Source: Planctomycetota bacterium (GTDB lineage Bacteria > Planctomycetota > JAJSAM01 > JAJVHW01). Taken from it: a stretch of DNA of 64,000 nt. Each line of letters starts with the position of its first letter. Position 1 is the first letter of the stretch. Below are positions 29,152 to 39,384 of this stretch, one piece after another. Location of the stretch: the NCBI GenBank assembly GCA_965248445.1, contig CBDFJG010000004.1, forward strand, positions 1,504,001 to 1,568,000, read 5' to 3'. Both the position numbers and the translations under genes were made by a program. The notes below the pieces were generated by a model, which was given only the letters and a program-made list of their open reading frames with translations, did not search any database and was not told where the DNA came from.

Positions 29152-29580
29152 ATGCCCGGCGATCGGACCCTGCGGGAAGGCCTGGAGCTGCCTGAGACGG
29201 CGGTGCGGCTCTCGTATGCCCGCAGCGGAGGACCCGGCGGCCAGAACGTCAACAAGGTCGAGACGAAGGTCATCGCCCGGCTCGCGCTGGAAGACGTCCC
29301 CGGCCTGACGCACTGGGATCTGCGCCGGGTGCGCGAGAAGCTGTCCTCGCGCCTGACCACCGAGGACGAGATCGTCGTTCACGCCCAGGCGCACCGGTCT
29401 CGCGAACGCAACGTCGACGACGCCCTCGACCGGCTGGCCGGACTGCTGCGCGATGCGCTGAAGCGTCCCCGCCGCCGTCGCAAGACACGCCCGACCCGCG
29501 CGTCGAAGGAGCGCCGCCTGAGCCAGAAGAAGCAGCGCGGCGAGGTGAAGCGCCAGCGCCGCCGGCCGGCCGAGGATTGA
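29152..29580 (+). CDS. arfB: Alternative ribosome rescue peptidyl-tRNA hydrolase
   Basis: SGGPGGQNVNKV and a basic tail R.KTRPTRASKERRL..KK.R. Confidence 0.93.
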   Translation: MPGDRTLREGLELPETAVRLSYARSGGPGGQNVNKVETKVIARLALEDVPGLTHWDLRRVREKLSSRLTTEDEIVVHAQAHRSRERNVDDALDRLAGLLRDALKRPRRRRKTRPTRASKERRLSQKKQRGEVKRQRRRPAED

Positions 29581-29584
29581 CGGC

Positions 29585-30745
29585 ATGGACTCGGTCATGC
29601 GGCGCGGGCCGGTGCGCAAGGTGCTCCGGGTCATCACGCGTACCAACGTGGGCGGCCCGTCGCTGCACGTCGCGCTGCTGACCGCGAAGCTGGGCGACGA
29701 CGTCGACACCATGCTCGTCGCGGGTAGCGTCGGCGCTCACGAGGCAGAGGCGACGTCGGTGCTGCAGCGGTACGGCGTGATGCCGTTCCGCATTCCACGC
29801 CTCAAGCGTCCGGTCTCTCCGGCGGACGACGTGCGTGCGTACCGCTTCTTGCGGGAGACGATCCGCAAGTGGCAGCCGGACATCGTCCACACCCACACGG
29901 CGAAGGCCGGTGCGCTGGCGCGGGCCGCGGCTGCTCGAGAGGGCGTACCCCGCATCGTGCACACGTTCCACGGTCATGTCTTCCGCGGACATCTGGGACG
30001 TCTCGCGGCGCAGGTCGCCGTGCAGGCCGAACGCCGGCTCGCCTCACGCACCGACGCCATCGTGGCTGTCTCCCGGGAGACGGCGGACGACATCGTGGAC
30101 GTCTACGGCATCGCGCCCCGCGACCGCGTACACGTCATTCCGCTGGGCGTCCCTGTCCCGGGGGTGGATGCCCCAGCGGCGCGCGCTCACGTCCGCCGTG
30201 AGTTCGGGATCCCGCCCGAGGCCCCCGTGGCGCTGCTGGCGGGCCGCCTCGTCGCCGTCAAGCAGCCGCTCCTGGCGCTCGCTGCGTTCGATCGCGTGCG
30301 CGCGGAACTGCCAAGGGCACGGCTCCTGGTCGCCGGTGGAGGGGATCTGCTGGGGACGGTGCGACATCGAGCGCATGACCGGGTGCACGTGCTCGGTTGG
30401 CGGGACGACGTGCCCGCGCTCATGGCCGCTGCGGACGTGGTGGTGCTCTCGAGCGCCATGGAGGGGTCACCGATCGCGCTGATCGAGGCGGCGCTGCTCG
30501 GACGTCCGGCGGCGGCGACGGACGTGGGCGGCGTGCGATCGGTCGTCGAGCACGGCGTGACGGGGTTGCTCGTCCCGCCCGACGATGCTCACAAGCTGGG
30601 GGGCGCACTCCTGACCCTGCTGTCGGACTCCGCGATGCGCGAGCGGTTCGGCGCGACCGCGCGTTCGCGAGCCCGTGGCCGCTTCGGCGTCGAGCGCATG
30701 ATCGTGGCGCACCGTGCGCTCTACGCCGACCTCCTCGGCGTCTAG
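29585..30745 (+). CDS. GT4 glycosyltransferase
   Basis: VHTHTAKAG, HTFHGH, EG.P.ALIEA, TDVGG. Confidence 0.9.
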   Translation: MDSVMRRGPVRKVLRVITRTNVGGPSLHVALLTAKLGDDVDTMLVAGSVGAHEAEATSVLQRYGVMPFRIPRLKRPVSPADDVRAYRFLRETIRKWQPDIVHTHTAKAGALARAAAAREGVPRIVHTFHGHVFRGHLGRLAAQVAVQAERRLASRTDAIVAVSRETADDIVDVYGIAPRDRVHVIPLGVPVPGVDAPAARAHVRREFGIPPEAPVALLAGRLVAVKQPLLALAAFDRVRAELPRARLLVAGGGDLLGTVRHRAHDRVHVLGWRDDVPALMAAADVVVLSSAMEGSPIALIEAALLGRPAAATDVGGVRSVVEHGVTGLLVPPDDAHKLGGALLTLLSDSAMRERFGATARSRARGRFGVERMIVAHRALYADLLGV

Positions 30746-30766
30746 CAGCGCTGCTAGGGTCTCGCT

Positions 30767-31666
30767 GTGTCATTCACGGTCACGCGCAAGTTCGATCCGT
30801 CGGCCGACGCGTTGCTGGTGACGTCCGATCGGCTGAAGATGTTGCGGCGCCTCCCCGACGGGTGTGCGCGGCTCGTCGTCACGTCACCGCCGTACAACGT
30901 CGGTAAGGAGTACGAGCAACGCGTTTCGCGGGAGGAGTACGTCGCGGCGCAGGAGCGTACGATCGCGGAGTGCGTCCGGGTGCTGGCCGAGGACGGCTCG
31001 CTTTGCTGGCAGGTGGGGAACATGCCGGTCGGGCGCGCGCAGATCGTGCCGCTCGATTGTCTGCTCTGGCCCGTCTTCGAGGAGTACGGGCTGCGGCTGC
31101 GCAACCGCGTCATCTGGACGTTCGGCCACGGCGAGCACTGCAAGAAGCGCCTGTCACCGCGGCACGAGACGCTGCTCTGGTTCACGAACGGCGACGACTT
31201 CGTTTTCCAGCTCGATCCGATCCGCGTGCCGCAGAAGTACCCCGGCAAGAAGGTCTATCGCGGGCCGCGGGCCGGCGAGTACGCGTGCAACCCGCTCGGG
31301 AAAAACCCTGGTGACGTCTGGGAGATCCCGAATGTCAAGAGCGCGCACCCCGAGAAGACCGAGCACCCGTGTCAGTTTCCCGTCGAACTGGTCGAACGGC
31401 TCGTGCTCGCCCTGACACAGCCCGGCGACCTCGTCGTGGATCCGTACTGCGGCGTCGGGTCCACCGTGATCGCGGCACTCATGCACGGCCGCAGAGCCGC
31501 CGGGGCGGACATCGTCTCGCGGTACGTCCGCACGGCGCGCGAGCGCGTGCGCCGTCTCGATCGCGGGGAGCTGCTCACACGCCCGATGGGGCGACCGCTC
31601 CTGGATCCGCGTGACGCGGGCGCCGTCGGTCGTCCGCCCGCTGCATGGCTGAACGACGCGGGCTAG
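30767..31666 (+). CDS. Beta-class N4/N6 DNA methyltransferase (M.BglII-like), no adjacent endonuclease
   Basis: TSPPY (motif IV) precedes HPCQFP and DPYCGVGST (motif I). Confidence 0.88.
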   Translation: MSFTVTRKFDPSADALLVTSDRLKMLRRLPDGCARLVVTSPPYNVGKEYEQRVSREEYVAAQERTIAECVRVLAEDGSLCWQVGNMPVGRAQIVPLDCLLWPVFEEYGLRLRNRVIWTFGHGEHCKKRLSPRHETLLWFTNGDDFVFQLDPIRVPQKYPGKKVYRGPRAGEYACNPLGKNPGDVWEIPNVKSAHPEKTEHPCQFPVELVERLVLALTQPGDLVVDPYCGVGSTVIAALMHGRRAAGADIVSRYVRTARERVRRLDRGELLTRPMGRPLLDPRDAGAVGRPPAAWLNDAG

Positions 31667-32367
31667 TCCGCGCGCACCCAGGTGTTGCCGTCGGCTCCCT
31701 TGCCTCCGTCGGCGGGACGCGCGAGCACGTCCGAGACATCTCCGCCAGCGAGCGCAGCGCCGGCCGCGGGGCCGTTACCGCGTCCCGCGTAGGACGGGTC
31801 GTTCGTTCTGAGCAGCACGCCATCGTGCGACAGGAAGTACGCCGGACCGCCGCCGCGACGCACGGGCCACGCATAGCAGACCCAGTAGTTCTCAGCCAGT
31901 GAGGGCGCGTACTGAGCCGCTCCCGCGCCCCTCCACATCTCGCCGATGCCGAGACCCGCTCGTCCGGGCAGCCACACGCGGTACAGGTAGCCCTCGAGCT
32001 CGCCCTCGCCGTCCGTGTTCAGCTGTCCGAGCTCCCGCCATACGAGGGGATCGCGCAACGGCCGCTCCATGCGTCCGCCGCTCGCGCCCGTGAGCTCGGC
32101 CAGGCCGGCGAACTCGCCCTCGCCGTCGGTGTCCTCGTCCACGAGGGCCTCGTGGCGGAACGCCCGTTGGGCGCGCCCGAGGTCGCGCAGAACCCGGCCG
32201 GGCTCACGGCTGGCGCCCTCGAACGACGGGACTTCCGTCGGCGGACCGATGGAGTCGCCGTCGGTCGGCCGGCGCTCCGCGCGGCAGCCGATCGCGGCCA
32301 ACGAGAGCGCCACCAGCGCCACCGTCAACACCCACCATCCGGTCCATTTGCTGTGCGTCGTGCTCAT
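31663..32367 (-). CDS. Putative lipoprotein with DUF2950/pilin-like domain
   Basis: Hydrophobic stretch ending AAIGC; D.D.DG.GE, GY.YR and YAWP motifs. Confidence 0.55.
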   Translation of the reverse strand: MSTTHSKWTGWWVLTVALVALSLAAIGCRAERRPTDGDSIGPPTEVPSFEGASREPGRVLRDLGRAQRAFRHEALVDEDTDGEGEFAGLAELTGASGGRMERPLRDPLVWRELGQLNTDGEGELEGYLYRVWLPGRAGLGIGEMWRGAGAAQYAPSLAENYWVCYAWPVRRGGGPAYFLSHDGVLLRTNDPSYAGRGNGPAAGAALAGGDVSDVLARPADGGKGADGNTWVRAD

Positions 32368-32512
32368 CGTGCTCCTCCGGTCGGGAGGAGGTCGCAAGGG
32401 CCGGGCCGCCATCGGCCCGCCTCAGGCGAGGCTCACAGCCGGCCGGATGTCGATTCCGTGCGACATCCCGGAGCCCCGCGTGGCGCTAGCATGCGCGCCC
32501 CCGGAGGGCCTC

Positions 32513-34942
32513 ATGCGACGCACCCTGACGACGTTCCTGGTCCTGACCCTCGCCGCCACCGCCGCGGCCCAGGACGCGGCACCTGCCAAACTCGACGACG
32601 CGACGCGCGCGTTCGACCAGCGCCACCTCGACCTCTCGCTGGTACTCGAACTCACCAAGGGCACGGTGCTGGGAACCGCGACGCACCGCATGGCTCCGCT
32701 GCGGGATGGCGTCACACAAGTGCAACTCCACCTCGAGGATATGCAGGTCGAGTGGGTCAAGACGGGCGAGGGCACGGAGTGCGCGCACACGCACGAGAAG
32801 GACGTGCTCACCATCACTCTCGACCGCGCCCGCGTGAAGGATCAGGAGTTCGAACTCGTGATCCGCTACGGCGGCAAGCCGACGGCGGGGTTGTGGTTCT
32901 TCCGGCCGACCGAGGAGCACCCGGAGATCCCGCTGCAGGTGTGGAGTCAGGGACAGGGCACGGAGAACCGCCACTGGATGCCCGTCTACGACCTGCCCGA
33001 CGACCGCCTGACGACGCGGCTCGAAGTCGATCTGCCCGCAGGCCTGACGACGCTCTCCAACGGCAAGCCGCTGTTCAAGCGAGAGTCGCAACCGGGACGG
33101 GAGGTGCACGCGTGGGAGACCGGACGCGAGCACCCCCCGTATCTCGTCACTCTGGTCGCCGGTACGTTCGAGGACGTGCGCAAGGACGTGGCGGGTGTCG
33201 AGCACCACATGCTCGTGCCGCCCGGCTGGGGCGACGCGACCGACGAGATCTTCGGCCGCACCGAGTCGATGATGGCGTTCTTCGCCGACTACACCGGCCA
33301 GCCGTACCCGTACTCGCGCTACAGCCAGGTGACAGTCTGGGACTTCATGTGGGGCGGCATGGAGAACACGATGGCTACGACTCTGAACATGCGCGCGCTG
33401 CACCGCGATGGCGTGCGTCCGGACTACACGGCCGACGGACTGATCGCGCACGAGCTCGCTCACATGTGGTTCGGGGACCTGATCACGTGCCGCACGTGGA
33501 ACCACATCTGGCTGAACGAGGGGTTCGCGACCTACTTCACGGACCTGTGGGTCGAACACCACCACGGCAAGGAGGACTACGCGTCGGGGCGGCTGCGGCA
33601 GCGCGACAGCTACCTAGACGGCGCGAAGCTCCCTGCCGAGGCGAGCAAGCAGAGCGACCGCGAGCCGACGGAGTGTGGCGACGTGCAGGGGCACGCCTAC
33701 GTGAAGGGCTCGAGCATCCTCCACATGCTGCGCGGCGTGCTGGGCGACGACGTGTTCCGCGACGGTGTCCGCGGGTACGTGGCCGCTGCGCGAGACAGGA
33801 GTGTCGACTCCGAGGTCCTGCGAACGTCGCTCGAGAAGGTGAGCGGGCGGGACCTCGCCGGGTTCTTCGACCGGTGGGTGTACGGCTCGGGGCATCCGGT
33901 GCTGGACGTACGCGGCAAGTGGGACGCGGCGGCCGGAGCGTTCGTGTTGCGTGTCTCGCAGACGCAGCCCGCCACGCCGCAGATGCCGCACTTCGCGTTC
34001 CCGCTGGACGTCGAGGTCACGTGGCCGGACGGCACGACCGAGCGCCGTCGGCACGACGTGAGCAGCGCGTCGCACGCGTGGCGCATCCAGGGCGAGGGCA
34101 AGCCGCTGCGCTGGCGCGTCGACGCGGACGGCTGGCTGCTCGCGCGCATCAACGCGACGAAGTCCGGCGCGGAGTGGGAGGCGCAACTCACCGACGATCC
34201 GCGCAACACGGGGCGCGTGTTGGCGGCCCGCGCGCTCGGCGGCATGGGGCAGAAGACGGTCGAGGCCCTCGCAAAGTCGGCGGCGGGAGACGCGCGCTAC
34301 GACGTCCGCGGGGCCGCGTGCGAGGCGCTCGGCAAGCTCGGAGGCCGCCGGGCTGCGGATGCGCTGAAGGCCGCAGCTGAGGACGCCGACAGCCGCGTGC
34401 GCACTGCGGCGCTGAAGGCGCTGGGCGGCTTCCCGTCCAACTGGTCGTTCGTCACGCTCGCGAAGCACGCGGACGCCGATCCGAGCCACTACGCGTCCGC
34501 CGAGGCGGCCGCGGCACTCGGCAAGATCAGAGAGCCCAAACTGTACGACTTCCTGATCGACCTGCTGGACCGGGAGAGCCACCGGGACGTAATCCGGAGG
34601 GAGACCATGAACGCCCTCGGGTCGTTCGGCGATCCGCGTGGCGCCGCGGTTGCCCGTGAGTACACCGCGTACAAGTGGGGCAAGGGCCTGCAGCACCGGC
34701 TGCGGCATGCAGCGCTCGACGCGATGGTGAAACTCGATCCTCGTGGCGAGGAGTCTCGCGCCCGCGTCCTGGAGCTCATCACCGACCCGTACTTCCGCAT
34801 GCGCACGTGGGCCGCCGCCCACGCGGCCAACCTCGGGATCGAGGAAGCGGTTCCAGTGTTGGAGGAGGCTTTGAAGACGCACGGGACGGGCCCGGGCGTC
34901 AAGGGCGCCTATGAACGAGCGCTCGCTAAGTTACGAGAGTGA
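32513..34942 (+). CDS. Secreted M1-family aminopeptidase with C-terminal HEAT repeats
   Basis: GGMEN, HELAH...WLNEGFA, YVKG; HEAT repeats. Confidence 0.93.
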   Translation: MRRTLTTFLVLTLAATAAAQDAAPAKLDDATRAFDQRHLDLSLVLELTKGTVLGTATHRMAPLRDGVTQVQLHLEDMQVEWVKTGEGTECAHTHEKDVLTITLDRARVKDQEFELVIRYGGKPTAGLWFFRPTEEHPEIPLQVWSQGQGTENRHWMPVYDLPDDRLTTRLEVDLPAGLTTLSNGKPLFKRESQPGREVHAWETGREHPPYLVTLVAGTFEDVRKDVAGVEHHMLVPPGWGDATDEIFGRTESMMAFFADYTGQPYPYSRYSQVTVWDFMWGGMENTMATTLNMRALHRDGVRPDYTADGLIAHELAHMWFGDLITCRTWNHIWLNEGFATYFTDLWVEHHHGKEDYASGRLRQRDSYLDGAKLPAEASKQSDREPTECGDVQGHAYVKGSSILHMLRGVLGDDVFRDGVRGYVAAARDRSVDSEVLRTSLEKVSGRDLAGFFDRWVYGSGHPVLDVRGKWDAAAGAFVLRVSQTQPATPQMPHFAFPLDVEVTWPDGTTERRRHDVSSASHAWRIQGEGKPLRWRVDADGWLLARINATKSGAEWEAQLTDDPRNTGRVLAARALGGMGQKTVEALAKSAAGDARYDVRGAACEALGKLGGRRAADALKAAAEDADSRVRTAALKALGGFPSNWSFVTLAKHADADPSHYASAEAAAALGKIREPKLYDFLIDLLDRESHRDVIRRETMNALGSFGDPRGAAVAREYTAYKWGKGLQHRLRHAALDAMVKLDPRGEESRARVLELITDPYFRMRTWAAAHAANLGIEEAVPVLEEALKTHGTGPGVKGAYERALAKLRE

Positions 34943-35403
34943 ACGGCAGTTACGTCCATCGGCAGACAGCAGTGCTCTGGTTCGCGTGCCTGTTGCCGTC
35001 AGTGATCCTCGCCGGGCTGGCCGCGTTTCTGCCGGCCGACGTGTCGACCGTCCTCCGATGGATCCTCGGCGGCGCTGCGGCGCTATTCGTCGTCCTCGCG
35101 CTCTCTTTCGTGTGGCTCGAGACACGGGACTCAGGCGACGCCCTCCAGGTGTGCTTTGGCCCGTTCCCGTCGTTCTCGCTGAACGTGCGGTACACCGACA
35201 TCCGGACCGCGGCGCGCGGACGGAGCGCACTGATCGACGGCTGGGGCATCCACTACATCCCCGGTCGCGGGTGGACGTGGAACCTGTGGGGTCGCGACTG
35301 CGTGGAGCTGGAGCTGAAGTCCGGCAGGCGCATCCGCATCGGGACGGACGACCCGGACGGACTGCTGGATGCAGTGATCCTGGGAACCGGCCTGCCGCGG
35401 TAG
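34939..35403 (+). CDS. Small membrane protein (two TM helices plus soluble domain)
   Basis: Two hydrophobic helices, GWGI and IGTDDP motifs. Confidence 0.7.
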   Translation: MNGSYVHRQTAVLWFACLLPSVILAGLAAFLPADVSTVLRWILGGAAALFVVLALSFVWLETRDSGDALQVCFGPFPSFSLNVRYTDIRTAARGRSALIDGWGIHYIPGRGWTWNLWGRDCVELELKSGRRIRIGTDDPDGLLDAVILGTGLPR

Positions 35404-35414
35404 CCTGCCCGGAA

Positions 35415-36524
35415 GTGCACCGACTCACTCTCCGCGTCCTGGCCGCTCTTCTCCTCGCCGCCGCCGTCTCGCTCGCGGTGCCGTTGTCCCACGCTGCAAA
35501 GAAGCGCACGTACGTCTATGTTCACGACTCGGACGACAACGGACAGGTGTTTGCTTACCTGCTCGGGAAGGACGGCGCCCTGACGGGACTCGCCGGAAGC
35601 CCGTTCACGAGCGACGAGCCGTCGACCGGCTGCGGCGGGCAGTGCCAGACCATGGCCTATAGCAAGAAGCGCAAGGTGCTCCTGACCACGAACGAGACCG
35701 GCATCACCTCGTGGCTCGTCGGGAAGGACGGTGCCCTGACGGAGGTCGCCGGTTCGCCGTTCGCTGCACCCGAAGCGATCGGTGTTGCGGTCGTCGAGAC
35801 CAAGAAACGGGTATTCGTCTACGCCGCGCGGAACCGCGGAGCGCTCACCGGATTCGAGCTGCGGGCAAACGGCATGCTGACGCTGCTTGCGGGAACGCCG
35901 TTCGTCGTCGGCACGGACCTCGTCGGCGCCGTGGGGACCAAGAAGAGCCTCCTGTTGATCGACGAGGGCGATAGGTCGGTCTACTCGTTTGCCGTCGGAG
36001 CCGATGGCTCCTTGACCGAGGCGCCGGATTCGCCGTTCGACTTCTCGCCGAACGGGTTCGCGTACAGCGTGCACACCGACAGGAAGGGCAAGTTCGCGAT
36101 CGTCTCCGCAGGCGACGCGCTCGAGGCCCGCAGATTGAACAAGAAGACGGCTCAGGTGACGCCGGTGGCGGCCGGTCCGCTGCGTGGGGCCGTCGAGGGC
36201 GGCAACGGGCCGGCGGTCTCGAAGAAGGGCCGGATCTCGACCATCCCGTTCGGACAGGACGTGAGCGCCGACGATCTCGAGGTCTTCTCGCTGAACAAGA
36301 AGACCGGAGCGTTCACGTCGCTCGGAGTCCACACGTTGACGATGCCGGACGTGTCGGTCTACGTCTGGGACCTCACCGGCAAGGTGCTCATCTGCGCGTC
36401 CCGAGAGAACGATCAGGTGCAGACGTTCGACATCGACAAGAAGACCGGAGCGCCGACGCTGCTGGACCTCGCCGGCATGATCGGTGCCGGTGACGTGACC
36501 GACATCGAGGTCGTCAAGCGCTAG
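35415..36524 (+). CDS. Secreted lactonase-type beta-propeller protein
   Basis: Signal peptide and repeated DG.LT...GSPF blades. Confidence 0.75.
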   Translation: MHRLTLRVLAALLLAAAVSLAVPLSHAAKKRTYVYVHDSDDNGQVFAYLLGKDGALTGLAGSPFTSDEPSTGCGGQCQTMAYSKKRKVLLTTNETGITSWLVGKDGALTEVAGSPFAAPEAIGVAVVETKKRVFVYAARNRGALTGFELRANGMLTLLAGTPFVVGTDLVGAVGTKKSLLLIDEGDRSVYSFAVGADGSLTEAPDSPFDFSPNGFAYSVHTDRKGKFAIVSAGDALEARRLNKKTAQVTPVAAGPLRGAVEGGNGPAVSKKGRISTIPFGQDVSADDLEVFSLNKKTGAFTSLGVHTLTMPDVSVYVWDLTGKVLICASRENDQVQTFDIDKKTGAPTLLDLAGMIGAGDVTDIEVVKR

Positions 36525-36527
36525 CAG

Positions 36528-36896
36528 CTACTCGGCGTCCACCGGCGACGTCCCGCTCCCGTCGAGCGGATCGAAGTGATCGTCGAAGTGGAGCCAGATG
36601 ACGCGTGAGGTGCGGAACAGGAATGGCGCGAGCACGAGCAGGAGCGCCGCGGTTGCCCCGACGATGATGAGCGGATCGGTCTTGCGCGCAACGAGCCATG
36701 CAGCGGGCGCGGCGATCAGCGCGACGCCGAGCCCGTAGCTCAGGTACATGGCGCCCAGGAAGTAGCCGGGCTCCCGCTCGAACCGCACGCCGCACGCGGG
36801 ACACTCCGGGTTCATGCGAAAGACGCCGCCGAACACGCGGCCCTCGCGGCAGCGCGGGCACCGTGCGCCGACGAACGCAGCGGTGCGCGATCTCAC
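36528..36896 (-). CDS. DUF983-like membrane protein
   Basis: CPRC..G.VF, CPACG..FEREPGYF.GAMY, two TM helices. Confidence 0.8.
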   Translation of the reverse strand: MRSRTAAFVGARCPRCREGRVFGGVFRMNPECPACGVRFEREPGYFLGAMYLSYGLGVALIAAPAAWLVARKTDPLIIVGATAALLLVLAPFLFRTSRVIWLHFDDHFDPLDGSGTSPVDAE

Positions 36897-37312
36897 GACG
36901 TGCCGCCGCCCTGTTCCTCGCGCTTGACGCGCTGCCAGATCGCTTCGACGTCCTCGGCGGTCTCGGCGGTCTCGTCGCCGAACACGTGCGGGTGGCGGCG
37001 CGTGATCTTCGCGGCGGCCCCGGCGATCACGTCGCCGATGTCGAACCAGCCCTTTTCCCGGCACAGTTCGGCGACGAAGACGACGTTGAACAGCAGGTCG
37101 CCCAGTTCCTCGCGGACTGCGTCCGGGTCCTTCTCGCCGCGCTCCGCAGCGGCCGCCGCCTCCGCGGCTTCGTCGAGCTCTTCGCGCAAGTAGGGGAAGA
37201 GCGTCGCGAGAGTCTGCGCGCGATCCCACGGGCAGCCGTCGGGAGCGCGAAGCCGTGCCATGATCGCAGCGAGCCCCGCAATCTCACGCTCCGGCGGCAG
37301 TTCGTCCATCAT
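36893..37312 (-). CDS. mazG: Single-domain MazG nucleotide pyrophosphohydrolase
   Basis: LR.PDGCPWD..QT, EELGDLL, RRHPHVFG. Confidence 0.9.
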   Translation of the reverse strand: MMDELPPEREIAGLAAIMARLRAPDGCPWDRAQTLATLFPYLREELDEAAEAAAAAERGEKDPDAVREELGDLLFNVVFVAELCREKGWFDIGDVIAGAAAKITRRHPHVFGDETAETAEDVEAIWQRVKREEQGGGTS

Positions 37313-37404
37313 CTTGCGAATGGTACAGCGCCCCACATGTCAACGGCGTCGCTACCAATCGCGTCAACAGCGTCAGCTGTTGAGCCAGACAACACCGATC
37401 CTGC

Positions 37405-38709
37405 TCAGTCCCTGAGCAGGATCGACCGGGTCTCGCCGTCGCGCTCGATGACCAGCCGTCGGGGGGCTTCGGCGCGCGGGCGGATGCGGTGTCGCATCAG
37501 GTAGCGGACGATGCTCTCGCCCTCGATGCTCATGACGTGATCGCCGACGCGGAGCCCCGCTTCGGCGGCCGGGCTCTTGCCGTCGAGGGTCATCACGACG
37601 ACCGGCGGGAGCGCCGGTGTCTCGGTGCCGGAGGGAGCCGGGTCGAGACGCAGCATCGTGCCTGCGATCGGCGCCACCGTCGGCAGCGCCGGCATCTGGA
37701 ACGGTGCGAGTGTGACGCGATGCGAGAAGCGACGGCCGCCGCGTTCGACGTCGACCGTCACCGAGTCGCCGACGGATCGGCGCAGCAGTGCGCGCGTGAG
37801 ATCCTCGAGACTGCTCACGACCGTGTCCTCGACGGCCACGACGCGATCACCCTCGACGAGGCCGGCCTTCTCGGCGGGGCTGTCCGGCACGATCTGGTCG
37901 ACGCGGCTGCCGGAGGACCCGACCACGACCCCGAGCATTGGACGCGGCACGGGCTTGTTCGCGATGAGCGCGCGAGCGGCAGCGGCGAGATCCTCGCCTC
38001 GCACGAAGAGCGTATTCGGCCGCGGCGTGGTCCCGGTCCCCGGGCGGCTGACCTCGCGCACCGCCATGCCGAGCAGCCGGCCGCGGTCGTCGAGCAGCGG
38101 GCCGCCCGCCGCACCCGGACGCAGCGCGAGCGGCGCCGCGAGGTAGCGGTCGTAGCTCGTTGCATGCGCTTCCGTCGGCCGGAACGTGGCCATCTGGACC
38201 TCGGCTCCGCGGTCTCCGCAGTGCACGAACCACCCGACCGACGGGCCGCTGATGGGCGCGGTGACCGTCTCGTCGAGCGGGCGGCCCTCGCGGGGCGCCG
38301 CCGTACGAAGCAGCGCGGCCTGGAACGGCCCGTCGAAGCCGACCACGCGCGCGTCGTGCGCACGGCCGTTCGCGTACCGCACCTCCACGTGTGCCGCGTT
38401 CTGGAAGAGCGAGAGCGTCGTCAAGATGTGGCCGTCCGCGGCAACGAGGATGCCGGTGGCCTGCAGCGGATCGGGCCGCGCTCCGGGCAGCATGATCGTC
38501 AGCCCCGGAAAGGCCAGTTGCGGTACGGCGTGCGAGCGCGGTGTAACGGTGACCGTGACGACAGCGGGCCGCGCGCGATCGAGGACCTCGGAGGTCTGGG
38601 CCTCGATGCGCGCGGCCTGGGCGGCCGGAACGTCGTTTTCTTGCGCGCGGGCGGGAGACGCGGTCGCCGCGGCGACGGCGGCGGCCACCGCGAGTGTGGC
38701 GGACCTCAT
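37405..38709 (-). CDS. HtrA/S1C-like protein with two PDZ domains, catalytic triad lost
   Basis: Trypsin-like scaffold (GILV..DG.ILT, PGAAGGPL.D..G.L.G), two PDZ segments (SPA..AGL..GD), signal peptide. Confidence 0.8.
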   Translation of the reverse strand: MRSATLAVAAAVAAATASPARAQENDVPAAQAARIEAQTSEVLDRARPAVVTVTVTPRSHAVPQLAFPGLTIMLPGARPDPLQATGILVAADGHILTTLSLFQNAAHVEVRYANGRAHDARVVGFDGPFQAALLRTAAPREGRPLDETVTAPISGPSVGWFVHCGDRGAEVQMATFRPTEAHATSYDRYLAAPLALRPGAAGGPLLDDRGRLLGMAVREVSRPGTGTTPRPNTLFVRGEDLAAAARALIANKPVPRPMLGVVVGSSGSRVDQIVPDSPAEKAGLVEGDRVVAVEDTVVSSLEDLTRALLRRSVGDSVTVDVERGGRRFSHRVTLAPFQMPALPTVAPIAGTMLRLDPAPSGTETPALPPVVVMTLDGKSPAAEAGLRVGDHVMSIEGESIVRYLMRHRIRPRAEAPRRLVIERDGETRSILLRD

Positions 38710-39335
38710 CGTGCGCCGTTCCCCAGGATGCCGAGCTCGAACGGCGAGACGCCGGCGCCGGCCGGTGCTCCGGCGGGGGTCGCGCGCAGCACGCCGTCGC
38801 GGAAGTCCGACTCCGGGGTGATCAGGTTGATGCGCTCCGCAACCCGCTCACCGGACTTCAACGCACCGGCCCGGCCCGCACTCGGGAGCATCGTCATGTG
38901 GATGCCGGCCGTGGCGGGCGGCTGGAAGAGCAGCTCGGTCTGTGCGACGGAGGCGCCACGCTTGCGGGAGTCCGCCCGCTCGCTCACGTTCTCGACGGTG
39001 CTCGCGGCGGCGAGCACGGCCGCTGCGGCCAGTCCGCTCGCGGCGGCCCAGCGCGCGCCGGTACGCAGCACCCGGAGAGCGGGCGGGGTCGGCGCTGGCT
39101 GGAACGCGTCGGGCGGGAGAGTCTCGATCCGCTCGAGGATGCGGTCGAACACGCCGATGGGAACGGGGACGTCGCCGTATGCCGGCAACGCCTCGGTGAC
39201 CGCGCGAACGGCCTGGGCCTCGTCGCCGCACGTGGTGCACGAGTCGACGTGGGCGCGCACCTGCTCGTTACGGCGTACAGGCAGAAGACCGCTGACGTGG
39301 TCGTCGATCAGCTTGCGAACGCGAGAACAGCGCAT
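38706..39335 (-). CDS. zf-HC2 (ZAS) anti-sigma factor
   Basis: HVDSCTTC (HxxxCxxC) plus a TM helix; directly downstream of the ECF sigma. Confidence 0.85.
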   Translation of the reverse strand: MRCSRVRKLIDDHVSGLLPVRRNEQVRAHVDSCTTCGDEAQAVRAVTEALPAYGDVPVPIGVFDRILERIETLPPDAFQPAPTPPALRVLRTGARWAAASGLAAAAVLAAASTVENVSERADSRKRGASVAQTELLFQPPATAGIHMTMLPSAGRAGALKSGERVAERINLITPESDFRDGVLRATPAGAPAGAGVSPFELGILGNGAR

Positions 39336-39384
39336 GTCGTGTGTCCGTCCGATCCTTTGTCCAATATCGCGGCGGTGTCGCCGC

